This document shows positions 19,096 to 29,272 of a DNA stretch of 64,000 nucleotides, one piece after another (the stretch's first letter is position 1; each line of letters starts with the position of its first letter). Source of the stretch: Dehalococcoidia bacterium. GTDB taxonomy: Bacteria; Chloroflexota; Dehalococcoidia; Lucifugimonadales; UBA3495. The notes under the pieces are model-generated. The model ran no database searches. It had not been told where the DNA came from and saw only the letters and a list, made by a program, of their open reading frames with translations. Made by a program: the position numbers and the translations under genes. The stretch spans positions 1,402,764 to 1,466,763 of the forward strand of contig CBDCQN010000003.1 in NCBI GenBank assembly GCA_965220625.1. The letters are read 5' to 3'.

Positions 19096-19237
19096 ACCCC
19101 TGTCGCGTTGTGGTGGCACATTACCTGCCCCACTAGTTGTATCACCCGCTATGTTACTCCAACAAGCACCGGAACAGAGCCGGCAGGACGGTTTCCGGCG
19201 TTTGCGGTCTGTATGCCAGTGAACTGTGGAGCCATAG

Positions 19238-19297
19238 CTAAGAAACTATCTCAAAAGTCCCTTCCCCCCAGTGGGGGAAGGTTAGGATGGGGGTGGC
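19238..19297 (+). repeat. Orphan left end of the same MITE family fused to a different REP-like hairpin
   Basis: CTAAGAAACTATCTCAAAA is identical to 18733-18751, followed by GTCCCTTCCCCC...GGGGGAAGGTTAGGATGGG as at ~17707. No right TIR seen. Confidence 0.75.
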
Positions 19298-19473
19298 GAC
19301 TAGGAAAATGTCACCGCTGGGTACAAATGGGGCTGACCTAGGCTGGGGTGTTCGACCCAGCAGTGGGTCAAGGGAGGCCAAAGCGACCCTTGCTAGCAGC
19401 TGGGCAGGCTTAAGCGCCGCCCCCGCCGGTCATTCCGGGTTGTGAAGGAATGCACTATTAGGACCCCGTATTC

Positions 19474-19720
19474 TTGCTTCCGCAGGAGACAGGATTCTCG
19501 CGTCCGTCACTGCGCTGTCCGGAAGTAACCGAGGTTACCCCCGCTGGTCTGAATGAGGTTGAACCGCTAGCCGAAGAGCTCGTCTCCCTGCTGGACGCAC
19601 ACCGGGCTTGCCGCGACCGTCTCACCGGGGACGGAACGAATATCTCCTGGTTCAACACCTCCGCAAATGCCGCCGATATCGACCGGCTGCGGGCCGCGCT
19701 TGGCTATGGGCGGCGGAACA
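19474..19720 (+). pseudogene. Alpha/beta-hydrolase (TAP-like) internal fragment
   Basis: ACRDRLTGDGTNISWFNTSANAADIDRLRAALGYGRRN stops just before the expected G-x-S-x-G. Confidence 0.5.
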
Positions 19721-20299
19721 TCGATCACGGACCGGCGTTACATCGTCCGGGCCGAAACCGGCCCATGGGCCGAAGGCGATATGTTCACGGATGATGAGGG
19801 GGCCGTCCGGGTTGTCCGGGGCGTTGCTGAGTTTGGGCCGATGCGAGGGCGATTCCTGGAGCTGCTGGCCCGAAGGGTTGGATAACGCTGATTCCCTAGC
19901 CGGGTAGGGCCGGTGTCTGAAGCGCCAGCTTACATTTGCCGAATTGGGGATGCTGGTCCCATTCTTGAGAGAGTCAGAATACCTAACGTCCCGATCGCCG
20001 CCCATACCGCATACGTCGTGTATGCCGGAATTGGGTCCGGCGCTCCGGCTAACTGCAACATCCCTCCCGGAATGAGAGTCGCCAATACAAACACGAAAGC
20101 GTTATCTAGTAATCCCACTGTCTTACGCTCCCAACGTACCAGGGGCTAATGACTATCTAAACGCTAGTCATATAAGAAGTGATAACAGATTACCAAGGAT
20201 ACGTACTACATAGCTTCTTCTCCTTTCTCTTCTCTTTCCCTTGCCGCTGTAGGCTTTCCTCCGAAGTAGCAGATGCTGTAGGTCTTCGGCTCGGGCAGG

Positions 20300-20625
20300 A
20301 CTGCGTCCGTCTCAGGCCAAACCATTGCCGGTGTGGAAGGCAGGGATCTCCCTCCATTGGGCAGGAGCAAACCCCACGAAATCCTCGCGGTCGTCCTCCA
20401 GCACCCGGCCTTCTTGCCGGCTGATCGCATCCTTGCAGAAAGCCCTAATATCTTGCACATAGGCGTCTTTTGTGCCGGATTATCAGGTCCACCGCATCCT
20501 TGTGCCGGTGGTATATCGCAGCAGCCATTTTCCTCAGTGCCGTTTCCTTGGCCTTCAGCTCCCTCGAATGCCTCCTCCACGAGACGCAATATCATGCTGT
20601 AGTTCGCCGCAGACCAGCATTCCCG
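20300..20625 (-). pseudogene. Degenerate PD-(D/E)XK (PDDEXK_4-like) nuclease C-terminal remnant
   Basis: Frames join as WSAANYSMILRLVEE / RRHSRELK...AIYHRHKDAVDLIIRHK / DAYVQDIRAFCKD...FAPAQWREIP. Confidence 0.4.
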
Positions 20626-20965
20626 GTCGGCGGAGCGAACGGGAGCTGAGCCGTGTGCGTTCCCGGGACGACCGGGGAATCGGTAATCTCCCCGCCGCCG
20701 GGAGTGATGCCTGGGAGTTGGGCCTATCGTATAGGAAACAGGCTACTCGGTACAGGCGGGCGGAGCGATGGCTTTCAACGACCCGCAGGGCCGCCGGGGT
20801 GCTCCGGCACGTGCCCGCCGCTTCGTCCTACTCGGACCGTTGAACCGGTGACGCGATCGTCGATGTTGGGGAAGCCGGGCGCGGCGAGTTGATCGTCCAG
20901 CCGGTTGCTTCCCCCCGCCGTGGCAGGCCACGGGGATTTCCAGGGTGTCGAGAGCTTCCCCGTGG

Positions 20966-21225
20966 TTCCGGGGCGTTGCCTCAGGGCCGGGGCGGCGTCT
21001 GGCAAAGAACTTCGCCATGATGACGATTCCTTTCCCGGTATAGACCGCTGCCACCGCCAGCACCGCGGAGGAGACCGCCATCCGGCCCGCGCCGGTGAGA
21101 ACGGCGTGGACCGTTTCCGGCGCGGTGTCCGAGGTGTTGATGAAGACCTCGTCCCAGAGGACCAGGGCTCCCCAGCTCAAGGCGAAGAAAAGGATGAACA
21201 ACAGGACGCAGAGGGCCAGCTCACC
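20966..21225 (-). repeat. Inverted copy of 28654-28915 (membrane-protein 3' part)
   Basis: Near-identical sequence encoding ELALC.LLFILFFALSWG.LVLWDEVFINTSDTAPETVHAVLTGAGRMAVSS...MAKFFARRRP. Confidence 0.92.
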
Positions 21226-21630
21226 ATGCTCGTCCCTGAGCCGCTGGAAGATCCGCTGGGCTGTGTGGCGCTGCTTCCTGGGACGCCTGAGGTCGTCTAC
21301 CAAGATTTGGTCGATGATGCCGGTGAAGGGCTCCAGCTTGGGACGCCCGGACGGAGTCTGTCGCTGGTAGCTCGGCGGGACCGAGTAGGCCAGCATCTTG
21401 CGTACGGTGTCCCGGTGCAGGCCGATCGTCCGGGCTGCTTCTCGGATGCTCATCCCATCCACCATCACCGCTCGTCGGACCCGTAGATACACGTCCACCT
21501 GGTACATCCATCCCACCACCCATAAGCACGACTTCGAACCTATGGATGGCGGCGGACGGTACATTTTTCAACCGCCACAAGTCAGGCAGTCAATCCGCCC
21601 AGGTCGTCCACTTTACCTCCGCCTTTTACA
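21226..21630 (-). mobile_element. IS21-family remnant: left end plus istA 5' part
   Basis: End TGTAAAAGGCGGAGGTAAAGTGGAC at 21630 with internal repeat GGCGGTTGAAAAATGTACC. ATG 21507 encodes MYQVDVYLRVRRAV...GLHRDTVRKML...HTAQRIFQRLRDEHG. Confidence 0.85.
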
Positions 21631-21845
21631 CGGAGGGAGGGCGTCCGCAACCTGTTCCTGGCCTGTGAGCCGTTGGCGGGCTGGCGGCAGGTGGCGGTGA
21701 CCCAGCGGCGCACCACGGAAGACTTCGCCCGTCAGATGCGTTGGCTGGTGGACGAAGCTTATCCGGATACACCGGTGGTTCGGGTGGTCATGGACAACCT
21801 GAACACGCACCGTCCGGCGTCCCTGTACGAGACGTTCCCGGCTCA
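21631..21845 (+). pseudogene. IS630-family transposase internal fragment
   Basis: RNLFLACEPLAGWRQVAVTQRRTTEDFARQMRWLVDEAYP...VVMDNLNTH. Confidence 0.85.
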
Positions 21846-21924
21846 TCCACATGGAGAGCTCCAGAGCTGACCAGACTCTAGTCCGAAGACCGCCCGGCCC
21901 AGATGTCTACTCTGGGGCAGGCTA

Positions 21925-21992
21925 ACAGGATTCAACCGCCATATGTCAGGGATCTTCCGCCCACGCGGCCCACTTTATCTCCGCCATTTCCA
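21925..21992 (-). mobile_element. Second IS21-like end relic
   Basis: TGGAAATGGCGGAGATAAAGTGGGCC...TGACATATGGCGGTTGAA parallels the end at 21557-21630. Confidence 0.6.
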
Positions 21993-22049
21993 TGTGGTGA
22001 GGTCAGGTCCTGTTCCAGAGTCAGCGTCGAACACTTCCTGGGAAGGTCT

Positions 22050-23606
22050 TCAGGAGTACAACAGCCCCTCATCGTCAAGTAGCTTGGTCGCTATTGGTAA
22101 AATGGCATCCCTGAATCTTTGAGCTTGATCAAGCAAGTCCGGCGCATCAGCATAATCCGGCACCCTCAATACGCCGTTACGCACCAATTCGAACATGATC
22201 TGGCTAAATCTGCCACGAAAATCCTCAGGATGTTCCCTTAAGCTATCCAGCAAATGTTGCACTTCCATTCCTTGCCGCTGACGCCTACGGATGGTTTTCA
22301 TGTACTGGCCAACCTTTCCAGTTGTCCAGAAATCGTCGGGTGATTCACCCTGACTCAATGCTTCCGATGCAATGATGGACAAATACATACATACCAGATA
22401 GTGGTCGGAAACAGGGCTATGCTTGTTGAACAATGTCACCAAGCTGTCATACCACTCGTCATGTCTCAAGTCCTTAAAGCGCTGGCGCCCCTTCCCTGCG
22501 GCTGGTACTACGTCCCAATAGAGCGGTGCCGGTGAATTGTGACGCAGAAGTTCCATTATGCCAGCAGGCGGGTCAATCCATTGACCCGTAGGTTCATGAG
22601 ACAACAACAGTCGCTTCGGGGGATATTCTTCGTAGAAGTCTAGATGTGGCTGTGCTAAGGTCTGAGCGTAATCGATCTGTACTAGCCACACCATCCCTTC
22701 TGTGATGACCGGTCGCGCTGAGTCGAAGTATTCAACAACCAATTTAGGGTCCGCTTGGGAAATTTGCGCTATGTCGCGAACCACCTTTTCTATTTCATCT
22801 TTGGAGCAATGGGGAGGGACAAAAACATAGGCCTCATTGTTCTGTGCTTTCTCCAACCACGCTCGTACCATGTAGCAGCCGAGTAGGAAAGTGTTCGTTC
22901 CCTCGTCCGACATTAAATGGAATTGGCACGGTTCTTGGTCTTGTTGAGACCATTGGTCCAAGATGGCTTGGGCCAAAGGCTCTAACGGACTGTTATCTCG
23001 CTGCGTTTGATAGCTTGTTGGGCCCTGGCATCCCCAACTTGGTCCATTGGCACGTTCCAACAACAATGCCTCGTAAAGTACCCTCCAGCAGGACGCCGCA
23101 ATGCCAGCGGACCGGGCAGCTTGGTGCGACACCTCGCGTTTGTGTTCATCTCCCCTTTGCTTGAACATTTGTCGAATGGTTCGCCAACTTCCTCCCAGCA
23201 TCTCAAATGTCGCTTGCGCTCTTACCGCCATTTCAAGCTTTTTATTCATTTCCGTTTCAGCGATGGAAATGAGAGTAATCTTGTCTTCTATGAAGTCCAG
23301 AAGGTGCACGACTTGGGTTAGGGCCGATGCTATCAGCCCGTCACCTTCATTTCCCTCGCTCAAACCCAAGGCGCCCTGATCGACGGCCCGATTGGAATTG
23401 TGTATAGCCGCGAAGTGGTTCCACATCAGACGACCCGGAGTGGTGATTCCTTCGTTCTCGTTTGACTCATCAGGGCTAACTAGGTGGCTGATTAAGCACA
23501 AATAAGCCCTTGACCGAATCGCTTCTTGGAGCAAATTGCCAAGGAAATCGTCAATGCTGGACGAGACCATTCTTTCCCCCATAGTGTGCAAGGTCGGATT
23601 CCACAA
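22050..23606 (-). CDS. Hypothetical protein (~505-518 aa), visibly lower GC than flanks
   Basis: Uninterrupted long ORF; no motif recognised; start uncertain. Confidence 0.7.
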   Translation of the reverse strand: MWNPTLHTMGERMVSSSIDDFLGNLLQEAIRSRAYLCLISHLVSPDESNENEGITTPGRLMWNHFAAIHNSNRAVDQGALGLSEGNEGDGLIASALTQVVHLLDFIEDKITLISIAETEMNKKLEMAVRAQATFEMLGGSWRTIRQMFKQRGDEHKREVSHQAARSAGIAASCWRVLYEALLLERANGPSWGCQGPTSYQTQRDNSPLEPLAQAILDQWSQQDQEPCQFHLMSDEGTNTFLLGCYMVRAWLEKAQNNEAYVFVPPHCSKDEIEKVVRDIAQISQADPKLVVEYFDSARPVITEGMVWLVQIDYAQTLAQPHLDFYEEYPPKRLLLSHEPTGQWIDPPAGIMELLRHNSPAPLYWDVVPAAGKGRQRFKDLRHDEWYDSLVTLFNKHSPVSDHYLVCMYLSIIASEALSQGESPDDFWTTGKVGQYMKTIRRRQRQGMEVQHLLDSLREHPEDFRGRFSQIMFELVRNGVLRVPDYADAPDLLDQAQRFRDAILPIATKLLDDEGLLYS

Positions 23607-23854
23607 GATACATCGCCCGATTTCGCGTCTTCGTGGGACCTGCCGGTTCTGCTATGGTTCGGTTTGCCAGACAGGGCGAACGGTCAACCTCGGGTGATGG
23701 TCAAGCGCATTCATTGCTTGGAGCATCGCAATGCGCTCAACCACGTGTCGTTCCACTGAATGCGCCGATGCATGTTGGTAGAAATGTCTTTAAATTCACC
23801 ACTTCGACAGGGCGAAGGCTGACACATGAAAATCGGTCCCACGGGGATGATTTC

Positions 23855-24443
23855 GGGCGGCGAGCGCCGCAGGGCCGTGAACAGCCGGTCAAATCCAACA
23901 TCGCCGTCCGCCGTGGTCAGCCAGTGCCAGGACGCCAGCAGGTCTGCGGATGTCACGCTCAGGGCCCTCTGCTGATTTTCGAACACCTCCAGCGCCAGCC
24001 TGGCATCCAGCTCTGGGTCGTTGACCCGCTCCCGCTTCAGCTGCCCGTCTTGGTAGTGCTTCACGAGGTAGTGACGGGTTCTTCGGAAAGGCCAGCGGGT
24101 TGAGCCTGAGGGTGTCCACCGCAGGCAACTGCAACAGCCGCAACTGCGGACTGGCCGCCTGCGGGTGCGGCAGGTCGAATCCGATCAGGTTGTGGCCCAG
24201 CACGAAGTCTGCGCCGTCGGAAAGCTCGTCCAGCTTGGCCAGCGCCGCCGAAAGGGTGGCGCGCCGAGCCGGAAAAGTCAGAACTCTGTCCAGGTCCGGC
24301 CGCACTCCGGCGAAGGAGTGGATGCGGCCATCCAGTTTGCCCACCTCAAGGTCCAGGGACAGGCAGCGCGGCAGAGGGCCACCGGCATGGCCCGGCGCGG
24401 CAACGACATTCCCCCTTCCCGGTTCCACGGTCCCTGTCGTCAT
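23855..24443 (-). pseudogene. N-terminal (exonuclease-like) part of a large RecQ-family helicase, frameshifted near 24073 and truncated
   Basis: CLSLDLEV...GHNLIGFD...DTLRLNPLAFPKNP / HYLVKHYQDGQLKRERVNDPELDARLALEVF; no helicase motifs follow. Confidence 0.7.
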
Positions 24444-24485
24444 GTCACTCCCGACGGTCCGTCATCCGTAATACCGGTTCCCGCC

Positions 24486-24884
24486 TCAGTGATTATCCAA
24501 TCGCAGCCACGCCACGCCGTCCACGGCCTCAAAGTGGCGGTCCGCAGACACGAGGTCGGCTCCCGTTTCCATGGCGTGGGCCGCAATCCACACGTCGTTG
24601 GTCGGGATGGGACTGCCCTTGGCCCTGAGAGCCGCCGCTATCCTGGAATAGCGGTCAGCGGTTATGGGGCCAACAGGCACCAAGGAAGCGTGGGGATTGT
24701 CCAGGAAGGACCGCAGGTCGGCGGCGTTTCTGTCAAACCGCGAGCCGTTCCTGAATCCGTAGAGCAATTCGCCGATGACCACGGCCGACATCAGGATATC
24801 GGTGGCCCCGCGCACCACCGCCGCCGTCTGATCGTCGCCCCGCATCAGCCGCGAGTAGGCATTGGAGTCCAGAAGGATCCTCAT
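24486..24884 (-). CDS. vapC: VapC PIN-domain toxin
   Basis: ILLDSNAY, VIGELLYGF, IPTNDVWIAAHAME, SADRHF. Confidence 0.92.
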   Translation of the reverse strand: MRILLDSNAYSRLMRGDDQTAAVVRGATDILMSAVVIGELLYGFRNGSRFDRNAADLRSFLDNPHASLVPVGPITADRYSRIAAALRAKGSPIPTNDVWIAAHAMETGADLVSADRHFEAVDGVAWLRLDNH

Positions 24885-25144
24885 CGCCAGGCCGCCTTGT
24901 CAATCACCTCAAATTCCTCAAGGGCGGCATCGACTTCGGCTGCTTCGTCATCGCTCCAACTGCCGATCAGATGGTCCAGCGACGATCCAACGGTGTCCGG
25001 CCCCTGGCCTGGACCAGCCACCCCGGCTCCCTTGCGCAGCAGTTTCAGGGCAGCCTGGTTAAGCGATGTGCCATCCCGTTTCGCCAGGAGGCGGATGCGG
25101 TCCGCTAGTTGGTCGTCGAAACCCCGGATCGTCAGTTGATTCAC
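24881..25144 (-). CDS. Ribbon-helix-helix (FitA-like) antitoxin
   Basis: GTG 25144: MNQLTIRGFDDQLADRIRLLAKRDGTSLNQAALKLLR; 4-nt overlap with vapC. Confidence 0.85.
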   Translation of the reverse strand: MNQLTIRGFDDQLADRIRLLAKRDGTSLNQAALKLLRKGAGVAGPGQGPDTVGSSLDHLIGSWSDDEAAEVDAALEEFEVIDKAAWR

Positions 25145-25933
25145 CTCGCCAACCCCCGGTGATGCAATATATGAGTCATTATGGTGCACCATGTTAGACA
25201 ATCGCCACGGCCGGGTCAAGGGCCCGGGTCGATGACGGCTGAGTCCTGCGTACCGGTTTCGTTACCGTAAGCAGCGGAGCCGACCCGGACCACGTGGGTG
25301 GATTGACCGTGCCGTTTCTGCCGGCTGGATGGCCAGGATATTTTCTCTGGACGTCAACAACACGGTGGTGCCATCCACCTCCCCTGATCTTCGCCTCGAG
25401 GAATGGGACGGCGGCAATCTGGATGCGCCGCCGCCGGAGACTCTTGGCGTCCGTTATCCGGCGCAACGCGACCGGTGGCAAGAGCAACCTCACCGTCGCC
25501 GCCACGAACATTGGCGATGCGCCTAAAGCGCCCGATCCATTTAACGTCCGGCTCATGAACATTCGGGTAAATTGCCGCCCTCTCTTCAGTTCCCGCATGC
25601 GGCGATGAAAGCGGCCAGGCCCGGCTCGAACAGCCACTCTACGGATGTTTTCGTGGGTGGTCCAAGGCCGGCGCGCAGCGCGCCGCCCGGCAACCCGTCG
25701 GCCCAGCCGTTTCCCCCGCCTCCGCGTTCCACGGACGGAGCCCACATTGACCCATGTAGCCCAACCGGCGGCCGGCAGGCCCTCCATGAATACCAGACCG
25801 AAGGAGATGCCCATGAAGCAACGCGATCCGGCTAGACACGGCCCGGCGGCTCCGGGCCACAGGACCCACGAACCAGCAGGCCGGGCGAACAACCCGGCCT
25901 GACTTTTGGATACCACACAAGGAGATATGACTC

Positions 25934-26360
25934 ATGGTCGACATGGAAAAGGACATGACCGAAGCCCTCCAGACCTTTACCTTGGGGTTGGAGACACTGA
26001 AGGTCTACGAGGTAATGCGGTCGCAGCTAAACAACGTGCTGGACCTGCTCCTGCCCGGGGACGGGCACGACCTTCTCCCCCTCCGCGGCCAGGACTGGCC
26101 CGCCCTCAAGGACCAGGTCACCGGGTGGATGGCGGACCAATTGCAGGGGATGGCGTACGGGCGCCGTTCTGCGGCAGACCTTCGGGTCCGGCGCCGGGAG
26201 GGTGGACGTCGAGGCCGAGCACCTGCTCGACGACTACTGGTGGGTCACGGCCACCCCGGCCGGGACCGACCCGGACGACGCCGCCATGGCCGTGGTCCGG
26301 ATCCAGGGCAGCAAGCACCCCCTGCGCTACGGGGCGGGCTACTCGGCCCGCATCTCCTGA
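25934..26360 (+). pseudogene. Hypothetical protein, probably frameshifted near 26180
   Basis: AAGGAG RBS; MVDMEKDMTEALQ...MADQLQG continues plausibly in another frame as VDVEAEHLLDDYWWVTA...YSARIS*. Confidence 0.4.
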
Positions 26361-26404
26361 CCGGACGGAGAGGGAGAGCCACCCAGCGTCACTGACAGGT
26401 CCCG

Positions 26405-26873
26405 GTGGCTCCCCCAATCCGCAGTCAGGCAGGAAAACCCGTACCGGCCATACCCCGCCGCTTCGACGAAGACCGCAGGAACAAATACGCCCGGTCGGCC
26501 CAGGCCTGGCTGGCCCTCGTCGCACACGCGGCGCACCGCCGGACCGTCACCTACGACGCCCTGGGAGTGCTGCTCCTCAGCCACCCCATGACGCTCCGCT
26601 CCGACCTCGACCCCATCGACGACTGCAAACGAGCACGGGCTCCCGCCCCTGGCCGTGGTCTGCGTAGACCAGGAAACAGGAGAGCCCAGCCGGGGCAACG
26701 TGGGCGTCTTCCGGCTGGACCAGAACCGGGAACGGGTCTTCAACTACGACTGGTTCGCCCTGGCGCCCCCGACACCCGAGGAAATCAGGGAGGCCCACCT
26801 CGCCCGGAACCCGGTCCCAACCACCAAGCTCAGGGAACCCGGACCGTTGCCAGACCCGCCGCAACGGAGCTGA
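26405..26873 (+). pseudogene. Conserved hypothetical (winged-helix-like) protein, frameshifted near 26640
   Basis: QAWLALVAHAAHRRTVTYDAL...DCKR / PPLAVVCVDQETGEPSRG...RERVFNYDWFALAPPTPEE. Confidence 0.55.
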
Positions 26874-26935
26874 CCCTTAGACCGACCCATGCGTATCCCA
26901 TAAGCGCATAAACGCATAAACGCTCATGCACCCGG

Positions 26936-27340
26936 GTGTACAAACACATCAACCGAATAGCGTACCCGCCGAACGACTATGCGGAGAGGCGGAACGACTA
27001 CGCGGCCTTCGGCATACCCGAGTACTGGAGGTTTGATCCCACCGGCGGCCAATACTATGAGACAGGCTTGGCCGGAGACCGCCTGGTGGACGGGGTGTAC
27101 CGGCCGGTCACCATCGTCCATACCGACGCAACCCACCACTGGGGCCACAACGAAGTCCTCAACCTGGGCATCTGCTGGGAAGACGAACAGCTGCGCTTTT
27201 GGGACCCGGTGGAGAAGCGATACCTACGCACACACCAAGAAGAGAAGCACGACCGAATCACCGCAGAAGCTCAGGCAGACGCCGCCGAAGCCCGTATGAA
27301 AGAACTGGAAGAGGAGCTCCGGCGCAGCCGGGAACAGTAA
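26936..27340 (+). pseudogene. Uma2-family endonuclease, C-terminal part only
   Basis: RNDYAAFGIPEYWRFDPTGG, LRFWDP, coiled-coil tail AEARMKELEEELRR; the N-terminal PD motif is absent. Confidence 0.8.
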
Positions 27341-27781
27341 CCCGGAGACCTCCTCCACCCCGCCGGACACCGCAACCCCACGGCCGCTATGAGCGGCCCA
27401 TAAAACACCCCGACCCGTGCCTCAGCACCATCCCCATCATTCCTGCCTGGAGTAACCATGCCTTCCAAGGAACGATTTACCGTGTCCCACTAGGGGATGC
27501 GGGAGCAGCTCGCCGGCCGCGCCCCATGGTAGCTGGTCCAGAACGCTTGGGACGAGGCGCACAACACCACCAGGGCGAACCGGTCTGCCGAGCAGGCGCT
27601 CCGAATCCGGCGACCGCGAGGTGATCCGGTTCCACTCGCCTTTCAGGCCATCGTGCCTCAGGAGGGATGGGAGGAGGTCCAGCGGCCGAGGGCCCGCAGC
27701 CGGGAACGGCCAAGACGGTCTCTCTCTCGGCGGACCGTCTTCCAGCGGGGACCGCCAGTCCCCCCGTGTCCGGGGAGCTGG

Positions 27782-28216
27782 TTACCTTCGAACGGCACGT
27801 CGGAGCAGAGTCCCGACCCGCCTCAAGGCCCGGCGAAACCCCCGGTCCACGGCGGACAGAAGCCCCAGCCGGGAAGGGCGAGCGCCTTTGGGCCGGTTCA
27901 CAGGGGCCTGGACCACGGGCGAGACCGCCTCCGGCGTCCGGAGCAATGCCCTGCCTCCGAGGAGCCTGAACTCGAAAACCGAGTTGAGGCCCTGACTGGG
28001 CCCCCGCCTCGCCACCAATTCCACTCCGGCGGCGCTTTGGAATATGCGGGTCTCCAGGACCTGGCATATGTCGATGAAGGCGTTCCTGTGGTCCAGCTCC
28101 AAGGCCTCGCGTACGTCTCCGGCACGCACGGTTACCCCGGTTTCGCCCGCGGCCCGGGCGTCGTCGACCAATCCGACGGCGTAGGCGCGAATTCTCGCCG
28201 CGTCTCCCCTGGGCAT
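27782..28216 (-). CDS. Hypothetical protein with a small IRAGD-type putative DNA-binding domain
   Basis: RIRAYAVGLVDDARAAG...VRAGDVREAL...ICQVLETRIF...GPSQGLNSVFEFRL; start uncertain (28216, 28252 or 28282). Confidence 0.5.
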   Translation of the reverse strand: MPRGDAARIRAYAVGLVDDARAAGETGVTVRAGDVREALELDHRNAFIDICQVLETRIFQSAAGVELVARRGPSQGLNSVFEFRLLGGRALLRTPEAVSPVVQAPVNRPKGARPSRLGLLSAVDRGFRRALRRVGTLLRRAVRR

Positions 28217-28560
28217 ATCCCGCTCGACTCCTCGTTCCGGCGGTAAGGACATGACCTCGCTGCGGACCGTGGCTGACAACATCAAAGCACCCTGGGCCGC
28301 ATCATGCAAGCCGTCATAGGAGGCCGCCGCTCTTGCCCGTTCCCGTCCCCGGTCCGGCCAAAAGGCGGCCGCCGCAGAAGCCCGCAGAGACCCGTACCTC
28401 GACGCCGGGCGAGAACGCCACCGCCGGGGTTCAGCCGGCAACGGCGTCGTACGCGCCCGGGGACAAGAAGCCCGTCCCCACGTCCGGGCACCAGCAGCTG
28501 GCGCTTCCAGCCACCCAACAACGGCCAACCTACCACGCCTTGCACCAAAAGGAGGTTCCC

Positions 28561-28899
28561 ATGCGACGAGACGGACCCGAAGGACCGGGACTCCCCTGCG
28601 GGCGGCGCCAGCCGGAGAAAGAGGAGCTGGTGCCCCTCGGGCCCCCGGGGCCGGGTGAGCTGGCCCTCTGCATCCTGTTGTTCATCCTTTTCTTCGCCTT
28701 GAGCTGGGGAGGCCTGGTCCTCTGGGACGAGGTCTTCATCAACACCTCGGACACCGCGCCGGAAACGGTCCACGCTGTCCTCACCGGCGCGGGCCGGATG
28801 GCGGTCTCCTCCGCGGTGCTGGCGGTGGCGGCGGTCTATATCGGGAAAGGGATCGTCATCATGGCGAAATTCTTCGCCAGACGCCGGCCCCGGCCCTGA
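28561..28899 (+). CDS. Small two-TM membrane protein
   Basis: GGAGG RBS, ATG 28561, two hydrophobic segments, basic tail. Confidence 0.6.
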   Translation: MRRDGPEGPGLPCGRRQPEKEELVPLGPPGPGELALCILLFILFFALSWGGLVLWDEVFINTSDTAPETVHAVLTGAGRMAVSSAVLAVAAVYIGKGIVIMAKFFARRRPRP

Positions 28900-29272
28900 G
28901 GCAAACGCTCCGGAAGCAGTCCCGCCCGTCAGGAACCCAGATGCGGCGTCGCCAAGGCGGTCTTTACACTATTTATCGGGGAGCTGACGGCGTTTATCAC
29001 GGCCCCAGTCGCCAAGATGGGCGGCAACATAGTCCTTGCGTATGGAATCAGCTGACAGCGCGCCGTGAAGCGGCCGCCGCGCTAGCGACAGCGGTTCTGT
29101 GTTCAGGACCGACATGGCACCCACTCCACAAGCCGAGAACGAATACGTACCACGACTTCCTTGAGCTCGACGATGCGGAACGAGTATTTGCTAACAGACT
29201 GTAATGCCGATGTTGGTGCAGTGGTGAAACGGCTAGTAAGGCTTGGCCGCCGGGCGGCCAGCCTCTGAGTAC

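Noticed and set aside
28900-29270. tRNA/tmRNA remnant as an island boundary
   Set aside because: GGTGCAGTGGT resembles a D-arm, but there is no TTCGA T-loop or acceptor stem.
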